Assembly: GCA_015485585.1 (NCBI GenBank)
Contig: WFTI01000035.1
Location: 1 to 44,587, forward strand
Source: Candidatus Dojkabacteria bacterium
GTDB taxonomy: Bacteria > Patescibacteriota > Dojkabacteria > GCA-002793355
Direction of reading: 5' to 3'
Length of the DNA: 44,587 nt
Both the position numbers and the translations under genes were made by a program. Shown here in pieces: positions 8,898 through 17,541 of the stretch. Within the stretch, counting starts at the first letter, position 1. Each line of letters starts with the position of its first letter. A model generated the notes under the pieces. The model did no database searches, was not told the DNA's origin, and was given only the letters and a program-made list of their open reading frames with translations.

Positions 8898-9352
8898 TCA
8901 TAGCCGCTTCGAGTCTAATCATAGGACCCTTTATGTATCCTGCTACTGCCTTGGGGATCTATCTTTTATTTTCAAACTGGCAGAAGAACAAACCGCACGC
9001 CTCTGAATATATTATCAACATTGTACTTCTATCATTAGCATCGTTATTTTATCCAACATTTACAGGAATTTGGGGGATAACATTGGGAGTAATCTTAATA
9101 TTAGGCGGATTCTTAACGTTCCTATACAAAAAACCTGTTATCCCACTATGGTTTTGGATATTCATTTTTTTCCTCTTTCTATTCGTAGAAGAGATAACAA
9201 CAGTCTTGTTCCAAGCAATACTACTCAAAGAAGAGATCAACATGGGGCATTGGTATCCTAACCTAGCTAAGAGTGCGCTTACTGTTTTAGTATTAGCTGT
9301 ACAATTCGTATATGAATACATACGTAATAGAGAACATCCCATTAAAATCTAA
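8894..9352 (+). CDS. polytopic membrane protein, probable MreD
   Basis: About 5 TM helices in 152 aa; located between mreC and mrdA. Confidence 0.55.
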   Translation: MIIAASSLIIGPFMYPATALGIYLLFSNWQKNKPHASEYIINIVLLSLASLFYPTFTGIWGITLGVILILGGFLTFLYKKPVIPLWFWIFIFFLFLFVEEITTVLFQAILLKEEINMGHWYPNLAKSALTVLVLAVQFVYEYIRNREHPIKI

Positions 9353-11147
9353 AACTACTAAATCTGTCTCTACCCAAAGCGGTAAGGGCTTTATTTATTC
9401 GATCTTTCTCATATTTCTCGCTATCTTACTGTGGTTTCTTAAAAACCATATAGATGTTTCTTTAGTTGAACATAGTTACTATACTACCCTCGCTCAATAC
9501 AATACTCTAAATAAAGAGGTCGTTTACCCCAATCGTGGGTATATTTATACAAAGGATAACGTGAAACTCGCTGAAAATCGTTTATCATACAATATTTATC
9601 TTACCAAGCCAGTCAGTATAGAGATCCTTTTAAAAGAGGTACCCCAGCTTGAAAAATACAAAAACCAGATCAAGAAACGTCTAGAAGAGGTAGATAAAAC
9701 CCAGACTCCTATATTACTCTTACAAGGAATAGACAAAAATGAAGCTATATTAATTCCTAAAAATGAATATATTACTGTTAGAAAGGAGTTTATTCGAGCT
9801 TATCCTACATCTGAAATTACAGCGCACCTGGTAGGCTATATAGGACCCGTCTCAAAAGAAGATCTAAAATCTGATCAAACCTTAACCTATACCGACAGAA
9901 CAGGTAAAAACGGACTAGAGAAACAATACGATCCAATCTTAAGGGGTAAAAAAGGGTTTATTTTCGTTGAACGTAATGCATTAGGTGAGGAGATCGTAAG
10001 ATATCAATATAACTCACAATCACCGATAGATGGAGCCAACTTATACACGACAATAGAGTACCGCCTTCAAAAAGCCTTGTTTGAAAGTCTCAGAGAGGTG
10101 GTTGAAAAATACAAAATAAAGGCTGGATCGGCTGTTATCTTAAATCCTTACAACGGTGAGGTTCTTGCGTTAGTAAGTTATCCTAGTTATGATAACAACG
10201 CTTTTGTTGATCCTAAACGGATACAAGAGGTTGCGAACTATCTTAAAGACGAAAGGCTTCCTTTATTTAATAGAGTAATCCAAGCTCAACTCCCCCCTGG
10301 ATCAACATTTAAAACAATAGTTTCAGCTGCTGCTCTAGAGGAGAAGATTATAGATCCTTCTACAAGATTAAACAGCCCGGGATATATTGTATTAAGCGGA
10401 GGACTAAAATTTCAGAATTTCCGTCAAAGGTCACACGGATTTATAAACGTAAAGGAAGCCCTAATGGTCTCAAGTAATGTGTTCTTTTGTAAGGTAATGC
10501 TCAAGATGGGTATACGCACCTTTATTCCTTATGCCCAGAAGTTTGGTATTGGAACCAAAACCGGAATAGACCTACCATATGAAAACAGTGGACGACTAGC
10601 CACTCCTGAAAAAAAGATAGAGCTTGCGCAAACAACATCGCCATGGCTTGACCCAATATGGTATCCTGAAGGAGACAGTTGCAACACAGCAATAGGTCAA
10701 GGGATTACGCTTGTTACCCCAATTCAACTTGCTAAAATTGCAAGCGTTTTTGCAAACGGTGGTTATATAATCACCCCGCACCTTGCTGCATATTTTGAGT
10801 ATCCAGACGGAACAATAGTTAGACCAGAATTCCCCAAAAAACAAGGTCCTATTCTGAATCAATCTACCGTAAAAACCGTGCAACAAGGAATGCGGCTTGC
10901 AGTTGCAGGAGATCGAGCCCTTTTACGGATCCTTAATAATGCACCTGTTAAAGTAGCCGCCAAAAGCGGTACAGCAGAGTTTGGTGTCAAGAAAGAATAC
11001 GGCTACGATAATACCCACGGTTGGGTAATGGGGTTTTACCCCTATGAAAACCCCCAATATGCTTTTGCTGTTTTGCTAGAAAATGGTGGATCAGGCTGGA
11101 AAGCAGCTGAGGTAATATATCGATTTCTTAAGAAGACTCAAGAGTAA
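9312..11147 (+). CDS. mrdA: penicillin-binding protein 2 (class B PBP)
   Basis: PNRGYIY, RAYP, GKNGLEKQYD dimerisation motifs; STFK, SSN and KSG transpeptidase motifs; in the mre operon. Confidence 0.92.
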   Translation: MNTYVIENIPLKSKTTKSVSTQSGKGFIYSIFLIFLAILLWFLKNHIDVSLVEHSYYTTLAQYNTLNKEVVYPNRGYIYTKDNVKLAENRLSYNIYLTKPVSIEILLKEVPQLEKYKNQIKKRLEEVDKTQTPILLLQGIDKNEAILIPKNEYITVRKEFIRAYPTSEITAHLVGYIGPVSKEDLKSDQTLTYTDRTGKNGLEKQYDPILRGKKGFIFVERNALGEEIVRYQYNSQSPIDGANLYTTIEYRLQKALFESLREVVEKYKIKAGSAVILNPYNGEVLALVSYPSYDNNAFVDPKRIQEVANYLKDERLPLFNRVIQAQLPPGSTFKTIVSAAALEEKIIDPSTRLNSPGYIVLSGGLKFQNFRQRSHGFINVKEALMVSSNVFFCKVMLKMGIRTFIPYAQKFGIGTKTGIDLPYENSGRLATPEKKIELAQTTSPWLDPIWYPEGDSCNTAIGQGITLVTPIQLAKIASVFANGGYIITPHLAAYFEYPDGTIVRPEFPKKQGPILNQSTVKTVQQGMRLAVAGDRALLRILNNAPVKVAAKSGTAEFGVKKEYGYDNTHGWVMGFYPYENPQYAFAVLLENGGSGWKAAEVIYRFLKKTQE

Positions 11148-11397
11148 GAAGTTTTTTATAAACTTTCTTATTCTTACGTTTCAAAAAAGCTTCACCTTCT
11201 TTACGGTAACGGCGATAACACCCCATACACATTTTTACAGTAAGCTCTCCTTTTGCATCAAGCTTAACATCCCTTAGATTAGGAACCCATACCCTCTTAG
11301 TTTTAGGGGCCCTATACTTCCAACCTTTTGAGTGCTTGTGTTTTTTACGGTGTCCGTGCACTACCTTTTTAAGACAAATATCACACCTTCGTGCCAT
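11128..11397 (-). CDS. rpmB: 50S ribosomal protein L28
   Basis: MARRCDIC...KTKRVWVPNL...CMGCYR; basic C-terminal extension. Confidence 0.9.
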   Translation of the reverse strand: MARRCDICLKKVVHGHRKKHKHSKGWKYRAPKTKRVWVPNLRDVKLDAKGELTVKMCMGCYRRYRKEGEAFLKRKNKKVYKKLLTLESS

Positions 11398-11400
11398 GTT

Positions 11401-12099
11401 TTACAACGAACTTAAATTAAGTTTTACAGAAGGTCCCATGGTAGGAGCAAGGTAAGCCTTTTTAAACAATCTGTCTTTTGAACGACCTGTGACACTGATT
11501 AACTCATCTAAAACTACCGATAAATTGGCTTTAAGTTCTTCAAAGGGTTGATTTACTGTCCCGAAAGCAAAGTGAACAACACCTGTCTTATCGGTCTTTA
11601 TTAACTGTTTTCCTCTTTTAAACTCAGCGATCACATTAGCAAGGTTATTGATATCAACAATTGTTCCATTCTTAGTATTAGGCATTAAACCTTTAGGACC
11701 AAGTTCACGCCCATACTTAGCCAACTCAGGCATTACACTAGGAACCGCAAGTAAAACATCAAACTCTATTTTTCCGCTTTCGATCTGTTTTTTAATCTCA
11801 TCAAAGTCATAAAAGTCTGCTCCTGCCTCTTTTGCTTTTTCTTTCATATCGATCGGTACAGCAACAGCTATCTTTACCTCTTGTTGTTTAAAAGGATACG
11901 GAAATGTCACCTGTACCTTAATCGATCGCGGATCGGTATTTTTTGCAAGATTTAAAACCCCATGAAATTCTATGCTTCCTTCAAACTTGGTATACGAAAC
12001 CTTCTTTATGATTTCTAATGCCTCCTCTAAGGTATATTCTCTTTTCTGGACACTCTCTGCTACTTTTCGATATTTCTCACCACGTTTAGGCATTGCCAT
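11401..12099 (-). CDS. rplA: 50S ribosomal protein L1
   Basis: LGPKGLMPNTKNGT and PTMGPSVK motifs. Confidence 0.96.
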   Translation of the reverse strand: MAMPKRGEKYRKVAESVQKREYTLEEALEIIKKVSYTKFEGSIEFHGVLNLAKNTDPRSIKVQVTFPYPFKQQEVKIAVAVPIDMKEKAKEAGADFYDFDEIKKQIESGKIEFDVLLAVPSVMPELAKYGRELGPKGLMPNTKNGTIVDINNLANVIAEFKRGKQLIKTDKTGVVHFAFGTVNQPFEELKANLSVVLDELISVTGRSKDRLFKKAYLAPTMGPSVKLNLSSL

Positions 12100-12100
12100 T

Positions 12101-12526
12101 CTACTCTTCTATCTTAACTCCCATCTGTCGTGCTGTTCCCGCAACGATCTTCATGGCTTTCTCGATATCGCGGGTATTAAGGTCTTCTAACTTCTCTTCA
12201 GCGATCTTACGGAGCTGTTCTTTAGTAAGCACTCCAACCTTCTCAACATTCGGGGCAGAAGCTCCTTTTTTAATTCCTAACTCTTTTTTGATTAACTCTG
12301 AAACAGGGGGTTTTTTGATTTCGAAGCTAAAGCTGCGGTCTTCGTATATCTTTAAAACCACAGTAACCTTCTGCCCCTGATACTGACGCGTTGCCTGATT
12401 AAACTGATCAACAAACTGTTTAATATTCACTCCTGCCTGACTTAGCATAGGTCCTAGAGGGGGACCCATGGTTGCTGCGCCTCCCTGAATGAGAAGTTTA
12501 AGTATCTTTACAACCTTTTTAGCCAT
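12101..12526 (-). CDS. rplK: 50S ribosomal protein L11
   Basis: MAKKV...GGAATMGPPLGP...AGTARQMG; TAGAAT at 12533-12538, 6 nt before the ATG. Confidence 0.97.
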   Translation of the reverse strand: MAKKVVKILKLLIQGGAATMGPPLGPMLSQAGVNIKQFVDQFNQATRQYQGQKVTVVLKIYEDRSFSFEIKKPPVSELIKKELGIKKGASAPNVEKVGVLTKEQLRKIAEEKLEDLNTRDIEKAMKIVAGTARQMGVKIEE

Positions 12527-12547
12527 AGCGGTATTCTACATCATGTC

Positions 12548-13084
12548 TTATAGTTTTTCTACCTGTGTAATCTCAAGATCATAAGGGATATCGGTTCCTA
12601 ACATACTTATTAGAACCTTTATTCTCCCTTTCTGTTCATCTACCTCCACAACCTTTCCTACCTGTCCTTTGAATATCCCGTCTGTTATTCTTACAGCGTC
12701 ATTGACCATAAATTTGACTTTATACTTAACCTCTTCGGATTTTTCATCACGCATAAACTTATCAATCTCTTGTTGACTTAGGGGAACTACATCTTTTCCA
12801 GATCGCACAAAACCTCTTACTTCTTCAATAGATGTTACCAAAGCTGCGGTTTCTTCGTCATACACCATATAAACCAAAACATATCCAGGAAGCAGTTTTT
12901 TAACCTTAATCACCTTCTTACCCCCTTTTATCTCAACCTGTCGCTGAGTAGGTACAAGTGTCTTTATAATCTTCTTTTCTAGACCGTAAGATTTGGCAGT
13001 ATCAAGAATAAGCCGCGCTACATGATCTTCTTTACCTGTATGGACCTTTACACTATACCACTTGGGCTTACCGTTATTACGCAT
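12548..13084 (-). CDS. nusG: transcription termination/antitermination factor NusG
   Basis: KWY..., LLPGYVLV, KOW motif VRITDGIFKGQVGKV. Confidence 0.96.
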   Translation of the reverse strand: MRNNGKPKWYSVKVHTGKEDHVARLILDTAKSYGLEKKIIKTLVPTQRQVEIKGGKKVIKVKKLLPGYVLVYMVYDEETAALVTSIEEVRGFVRSGKDVVPLSQQEIDKFMRDEKSEEVKYKVKFMVNDAVRITDGIFKGQVGKVVEVDEQKGRIKVLISMLGTDIPYDLEITQVEKL

Positions 13085-13096
13085 CTTCTCATAGCT

Positions 13097-13309
13097 TTAT
13101 CTTATACCAGACAACTTTATCTGTAGGGTAATAAACAGTTTATCTAAACCGTAGATGTATGCGGTTATTATAGCAGAAACTATAACAACTGCAATAAGAT
13201 ACCCGATAAGCTCACGCTTTGTAGGCCAAGTAATCTGAGAAATCTCTCCAACACTGGCCTTTAGAAACCTAAAAAGATTATGAATACCACCTGCTTTTAG
13301 CTTAATCAT
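13097..13309 (-). CDS. secE: preprotein translocase subunit SecE
   Basis: E-x-x-x-ITWPT followed by one TM helix; tRNA-Trp-secE-nusG synteny. Confidence 0.93.
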   Translation of the reverse strand: MIKLKAGGIHNLFRFLKASVGEISQITWPTKRELIGYLIAVVIVSAIITAYIYGLDKLFITLQIKLSGIR

Positions 13310-13345
13310 TCTTAGGTGTCTACTTATATTAATCCCTTTTTACTG

Positions 13346-13417
13346 CAGGCCCGCAGGGACTCGAACCCCGACCAGCGGTTTTGGAGACCGCCGTTCTACC
13401 ACTTAAACTACGGGCCC
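13346..13417 (-). tRNA. tRNA-Trp(CCA)
   Basis: Anticodon arm GCGGT-CT-CCA-AA-ACCGC; G73 discriminator. Confidence 0.96.
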
Positions 13418-13447
13418 AGCCTCTTGCGGATTATAGCATCTTACTCA

Positions 13448-13621
13448 TTATTTTTTAGAGACACTGGTTTCTTTATGAAGTGTGTGTTTTTTGCACCATT
13501 TACAGAATTTTCTTAATTCAAGTTTTCCTGAAACTCCACCACTTTTTGTGGTTGTATAGTTAATCCGATTACACTCACTACAATAAAGACGTATCTTTTG
13601 AACTGTTCCCTTCTGAGCCAT
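13448..13621 (-). CDS. rpmG: 50S ribosomal protein L33
   Basis: MAQKG...CSEC...NYTT...[18 protein letters not shown]; GGAGG Shine-Dalgarno upstream; the ORF-track start at 13696 lies inside a tRNA. Confidence 0.96.
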   Translation of the reverse strand: MAQKGTVQKIRLYCSECNRINYTTTKSGGVSGKLELRKFCKWCKKHTLHKETSVSKK

Positions 13622-13654
13622 ATTTGCCTCCTTTATGTTAGTTAGCACATAAAA

Positions 13655-13726
13655 AGCGGGCGACGGGATTCGAACCCGCGACCTGCTGCATGGCAAGCAG
13701 CCGCTCTTCCGCTGAGCTACGCCCGC
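13655..13726 (-). tRNA. tRNA-Gly(GCC)
   Basis: Anticodon arm GCTGC-TT-GCC-AT-GCAGC. Confidence 0.96.
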
Positions 13727-13761
13727 TCAGTATTTTCAAAATATACGTGAAAGATTATACA

Positions 13762-14679
13762 TTATTTAACAATCGGTTGGTTTGAACCGTTAAACAGAAC
13801 CCAGTCAAAAACCTCAGGTACTGCAGGATTTGCCATCACTGCTCTACTTACTGATACCTTTACCTGCTTACTAGGATCTCCAACACTATAAGTAATAACC
13901 TTAAAAACAACCTGCTGAAGCTTCGGTAAGTCAGAATAATCAGAACCAGTAACGCTTAAGTAAAGTGGCTGGGTAGTTTTACTAAGTAAGGTGATACGAT
14001 AGTAGCTTACAACTGATGCACTAAGCCGTACACGTGTGTATCCATAATCGTTTGCCTTATCTTGATCAGGAACAGATAGTACCTGATAATTTACCCCTGA
14101 GGTACAATCTACATTATCGACATTTTTCCCATCGTTTGTATATGCAATTACACAAGAACCTGTGACTCTAATCCTATCAGCTCCGATCGTATATGCGGTC
14201 ACAAGCAACCTATCTCCCCCAGGATTAGGTTTAGCATGAACCTCTATGGTGCCTATACTAACCGCGACACCATCAGTAATATCTACCTGAATCGTCTCAC
14301 CGTTTTTCATTAGATAACCAATAATTTTGTTGTATTTTTCTATCTTAATAACAGATTCATTCTGACACTTTTTGTCAGAAGTAAATGATGTTCCTTCGCC
14401 ACAGATCTGGTATTCATGAAGATATATACGTTGATCAGGATCTGCTAAGATAACCTCAGGGTTTTCTAAATACTCCGTAGTTACTCTGTCAAGGGCAGAA
14501 GCTGCAAACCCTTCAAGCCTTCGTGTCTCTTTTTCAAGAGAAAACTGCAAGAAACCTATGTTTAAGGTTGTAAACAGTAATGTAACGAACAAGGTTGCTA
14601 CAAATACTAGAATTAGAACAAGAATATAGATACTTCCCTCTACTTTTTTATTTAAAACCTTTCTTAAAACACCTCGCAT
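13762..14679 (-). CDS. PilX/GspK-like minor pilin (class III signal peptide)
   Basis: Basic leader RKVLNKKVEG, then hydrophobic SIYILVLILVFVATLF with no Glu+5; Cys pairs; C-terminal FDWVLF; start 14679 or 14700. Confidence 0.55.
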   Translation of the reverse strand: MRGVLRKVLNKKVEGSIYILVLILVFVATLFVTLLFTTLNIGFLQFSLEKETRRLEGFAASALDRVTTEYLENPEVILADPDQRIYLHEYQICGEGTSFTSDKKCQNESVIKIEKYNKIIGYLMKNGETIQVDITDGVAVSIGTIEVHAKPNPGGDRLLVTAYTIGADRIRVTGSCVIAYTNDGKNVDNVDCTSGVNYQVLSVPDQDKANDYGYTRVRLSASVVSYYRITLLSKTTQPLYLSVTGSDYSDLPKLQQVVFKVITYSVGDPSKQVKVSVSRAVMANPAVPEVFDWVLFNGSNQPIVK

Positions 14680-14720
14680 GCTTATGATAAAATATACCAT
14701 ACAGATTTTTAATTTGCAAA

Positions 14721-14794
14721 GGGCGGATAGCTCAGGTGGTTAGAGCGTTCCCGTGACATGGGAAAGGTCGCAGGTTCGAGTCCTGCTCCGCCCA
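14721..14794 (+). tRNA. tRNA-Val(GAC)
   Basis: Anticodon arm TTCCC-GT-GAC-AT-GGGAA; acceptor stem GGGCGGA/TCCGCCC. Confidence 0.95.
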
Positions 14795-14837
14795 TGGTAA
14801 CGTGACGAAAGAATGCGGATCTTCTTTTAAAGAGAAC

Positions 14838-15719
14838 CTATAAAGAGATATCTACCTTCATAACAGCATGATCAGAGTGTGGTAGAAAGTATATGTTATA
14901 TGAGGTTACTAATAAGTTCTTATAGAAAAGATGATCAATTGTAATTCCTGGCAATATTGATGAGAAGGTGGGTTGTAGCAGTAAGGTACCGGCTTTAATA
15001 TATCCTAATCTTGGTAAATCCCATAGCAGAAGTCTATTAAATGGTTGTGTGTTGAAATCTCCTGCTATGACTATTCTTAAATCTTTAGGTTGCTTTAAAA
15101 GATATCCCAGAAGTTCTTCTTGTTGTAAAGTTCGCAACTTGGTAGGATTGTAACTTCTTCCCCCAGAGCTTTGGGCAGCAAACAGTGGATTCCACAGATG
15201 TAAATTTATAAATCTTATCTTTGTATCTCCCAACACTACGTCTACAACGAAAAATGCTTCATAACGAGCTTTATACACCTCTACAAGAGGATATCTACTT
15301 ACAACGACAAATTCGGCTGCCGAAGCAATATACGGATAAACCTCTTTAGAAGCTGAAAGAAACTCTGTATTTGTAGCTGTTCCTTTAACAAACAACAAAC
15401 CTTTTGCAAGGGGCCAAACCTCTTGTAAAAGAACAACATCACACCCAATCTTTTCTAGCGTTTTCCAATACTTAAGACTTCGATATGCTCTATCGTCTGT
15501 ATTATTAACACACACTGAAAGGGTTTTTTTACGATTCTGAGGTACAACTTCTCTCCTGATTATATGTACTAAGACTGTCAGATCAAAAAAAGGTATAAAA
15601 AATAAAAAACCACCAAGGATTAAAAGCCATTTTTTATGATATTTAAGAAGATAGAGTGCTAAAGCCACTAATCCTAAACTCCAGAAATTCCAAAATTGTG
15701 GTACATCCCACACACTCAT
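14838..15719 (-). CDS. membrane-anchored endonuclease/exonuclease/phosphatase (EEP) family protein
   Basis: DVVLLQEV, NLHL, IAGDFN, IDH and SDH motifs; two N-terminal TM segments. Confidence 0.88.
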   Translation of the reverse strand: MSVWDVPQFWNFWSLGLVALALYLLKYHKKWLLILGGFLFFIPFFDLTVLVHIIRREVVPQNRKKTLSVCVNNTDDRAYRSLKYWKTLEKIGCDVVLLQEVWPLAKGLLFVKGTATNTEFLSASKEVYPYIASAAEFVVVSRYPLVEVYKARYEAFFVVDVVLGDTKIRFINLHLWNPLFAAQSSGGRSYNPTKLRTLQQEELLGYLLKQPKDLRIVIAGDFNTQPFNRLLLWDLPRLGYIKAGTLLLQPTFSSILPGITIDHLFYKNLLVTSYNIYFLPHSDHAVMKVDISL

Positions 15720-15721
15720 TT

Positions 15722-16951
15722 TTATGAAGGTGAGATTATTTTACTTGGCTCAAGCTCTTCGTGGACCACTTTGCCTTTTAACCCTTCTATACGTTCCACC
15801 TTACGGTTTATCTGCTCAGTTCTATACATTGCATCTTCTAAGCGTTTACGAGTTTTTTCAAGGTCAGCTATTGCAGACTGCAAAAGCTTTCCGAATTTAG
15901 CAAAATCGTTACGGATCATTGTAATCAACCGCCAGACCTGTTGTGTACTCTGTTGGATCTTTAAGGTCCTAAATCCTAGGTTTAAACTTATAACAAAAGC
16001 TGTAAAAGTATTAGGACCTGTGATCACTACATTGAATCTTCTTTGGATCTCTTCTATTAACCCCGGAATCTTAACAGCTTCAGCATAAAGGCTCTCCAGA
16101 GGAAGATACATTACAGCAAAATTAGTAGTTTTTGGCGGTACGATATATTTTGAGATCTTCGCGGCCTGCTCTTTTAATGTACGAGCTAGAAGCTGTAGAT
16201 TGGCTGAGATTGCCTTTTTATCAGCTACCTGATAAGCATCGATGAGTTTTTGAAAGACATCTAAAGGAAACTTAGCATCAACAGGCAAGAGGATATATTC
16301 TGAATCTGACTCTTTCGAAGGAAGCTTGATCACAAACTCTACCCTTTCACCAAGGGAAGGATTTATAAGCACATTCTTTTCATACTGAACCCCTTCTCTT
16401 AAAAACTCCGAAAGTAACCGTTCAAGTTGAATCTCCCCCCACATTCCTCGGGTACGTATACCCGATAAAACCCGCTTAAGATCTACCATCTCTGAAGAAA
16501 GACTTTTTACCTCTCCAACACTTTTTGAGACCTTATCAAGAAGGTCTTGTAAGGTGGTAAAGTGTTGAGAAAGCCGTTTGTGCAGGGTCTCGTTAAGTTT
16601 CTCATCTACTACTCCCCGTATTTTTTCTAACTGTTCTGTATTCTCACGGCGTATCTTCTCAAGCTTAACCTCTACTTCCTTTAAAACTGCCGAAAGCTGG
16701 TTAGATACTGTCTTTAGATAACCTACCTGCATATCAGAAATCTTTGAAAGTTGGTTTGTAATCTCCTCTCTGATCTCTTTTCCATAACTTCTAAGATCAT
16801 TACTATGGGTACGAGAAAGCTCTAAAAGTACATCTAGCCGTGAACCTATCTGCTCTTGCATCTTACGAGGAAGAATAAAAACCCGCCAAAAAATAAGTAT
16901 CAAAAGTCCTATAACCAACAGTGTCATAACTACAAATAAAACAGCCTGCAT
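15722..16951 (-). CDS. rmuC: DNA recombination protein RmuC
   Basis: N-terminal TM and coiled coil; RGMWGEIQLE, PVDAKFP, KYIVPPKTTNFAVMYLP-x-ESLY, LNLGFRTLKIQ. Confidence 0.94.
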   Translation of the reverse strand: MQAVLFVVMTLLVIGLLILIFWRVFILPRKMQEQIGSRLDVLLELSRTHSNDLRSYGKEIREEITNQLSKISDMQVGYLKTVSNQLSAVLKEVEVKLEKIRRENTEQLEKIRGVVDEKLNETLHKRLSQHFTTLQDLLDKVSKSVGEVKSLSSEMVDLKRVLSGIRTRGMWGEIQLERLLSEFLREGVQYEKNVLINPSLGERVEFVIKLPSKESDSEYILLPVDAKFPLDVFQKLIDAYQVADKKAISANLQLLARTLKEQAAKISKYIVPPKTTNFAVMYLPLESLYAEAVKIPGLIEEIQRRFNVVITGPNTFTAFVISLNLGFRTLKIQQSTQQVWRLITMIRNDFAKFGKLLQSAIADLEKTRKRLEDAMYRTEQINRKVERIEGLKGKVVHEELEPSKIISPS

Positions 16952-16987
16952 TAGTAGATTGTAACACTTCTTCTTTAAAATCTTAAA
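16952..16987. promoter_or_regulatory. back-to-back -10 elements for rmuC (TACAAT, minus, 16958-16963) and yraN (TAAAAT, plus, 16976-16981)
   Basis: Each hexamer lies exactly 6 nt from its start codon. Confidence 0.65.
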
Positions 16988-17329
16988 GTGAATCTCGGCG
17001 AGCTTATAGCCAAATATGAACTAGAGAAAAGAGGATACAAAGTCATTAAAACCAATCTGCGTATAGATCACCTAGAGATTGATATTCTAACCTATAAAAA
17101 CGGTAGATTAAAAACCTGGGAAGTAAGAATGCGAACAAGTTATACATATAATAGATCAGATATTCGGAGTTTCTTAACAAATTTAAAAGCCAAACGCCTT
17201 TTAAAAGCTACCTATAAACTAGAATCTAAGATCAAACATCCACTTAGTATCGGTTTAATCTTAATCTCACGTATAAAGCGTAAAGACCGTACTATGTATA
17301 TAATAGACCTCTTGCCTGATCCTTGGTAG
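16988..17329 (+). CDS. yraN: YraN family (UPF0102) protein
   Basis: GE-x-x-A...KRGYKVIKTN, EIDI, and EVR in place of canonical EVK. Confidence 0.75.
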   Translation: MNLGELIAKYELEKRGYKVIKTNLRIDHLEIDILTYKNGRLKTWEVRMRTSYTYNRSDIRSFLTNLKAKRLLKATYKLESKIKHPLSIGLILISRIKRKDRTMYIIDLLPDPW

Positions 17330-17371
17330 ATTGATATATAATTCATTATAGCTACACCCTACCTTCTAAAC

Positions 17372-17457
17372 GCCGCGGTGGCGGAATTGGTAGACGCGCT
17401 GCCTTGAGGGGGCAGTGGGCTTTTTAGCCCGTGGAGGTTCGAGTCCTCTCCGCGGCA
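17372..17457 (+). tRNA. tRNA-Leu(GAG)
   Basis: GCCGCGGTGGCGGAATTGGTAGACGCG; anticodon arm CTGCC-TT-GAG-GG-GGCAG; long variable arm. Confidence 0.96.
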
Positions 17458-17460
17458 TTT

Positions 17461-17534
17461 CGGGGTGTAGCGCAGTTGGTTAGCGCACACGCTTTGGGAG
17501 CGTGAGGTCGTGGGTTCGAGTCCCACCACCCCGA
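17461..17534 (+). tRNA. tRNA-Pro(TGG)
   Basis: CGGGGTGTAGCGCAG; anticodon arm CACGC-TT-TGG-GA-GCGTG. Confidence 0.96.
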
Positions 17535-17541
17535 TTTGAAT

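Noticed and set aside
13622-13696. N-terminal extension of L33 in the ORF track ([13 protein letters not shown]...)
   Set aside because: It is translated tRNA-Gly sequence; the ATG at 13621 has a GGAGG SD
14820-14837. Weak inverted repeat between tRNA-Val and the EEP gene as a terminator
   Set aside because: Short, AT-rich, imperfect stem with no U-tract
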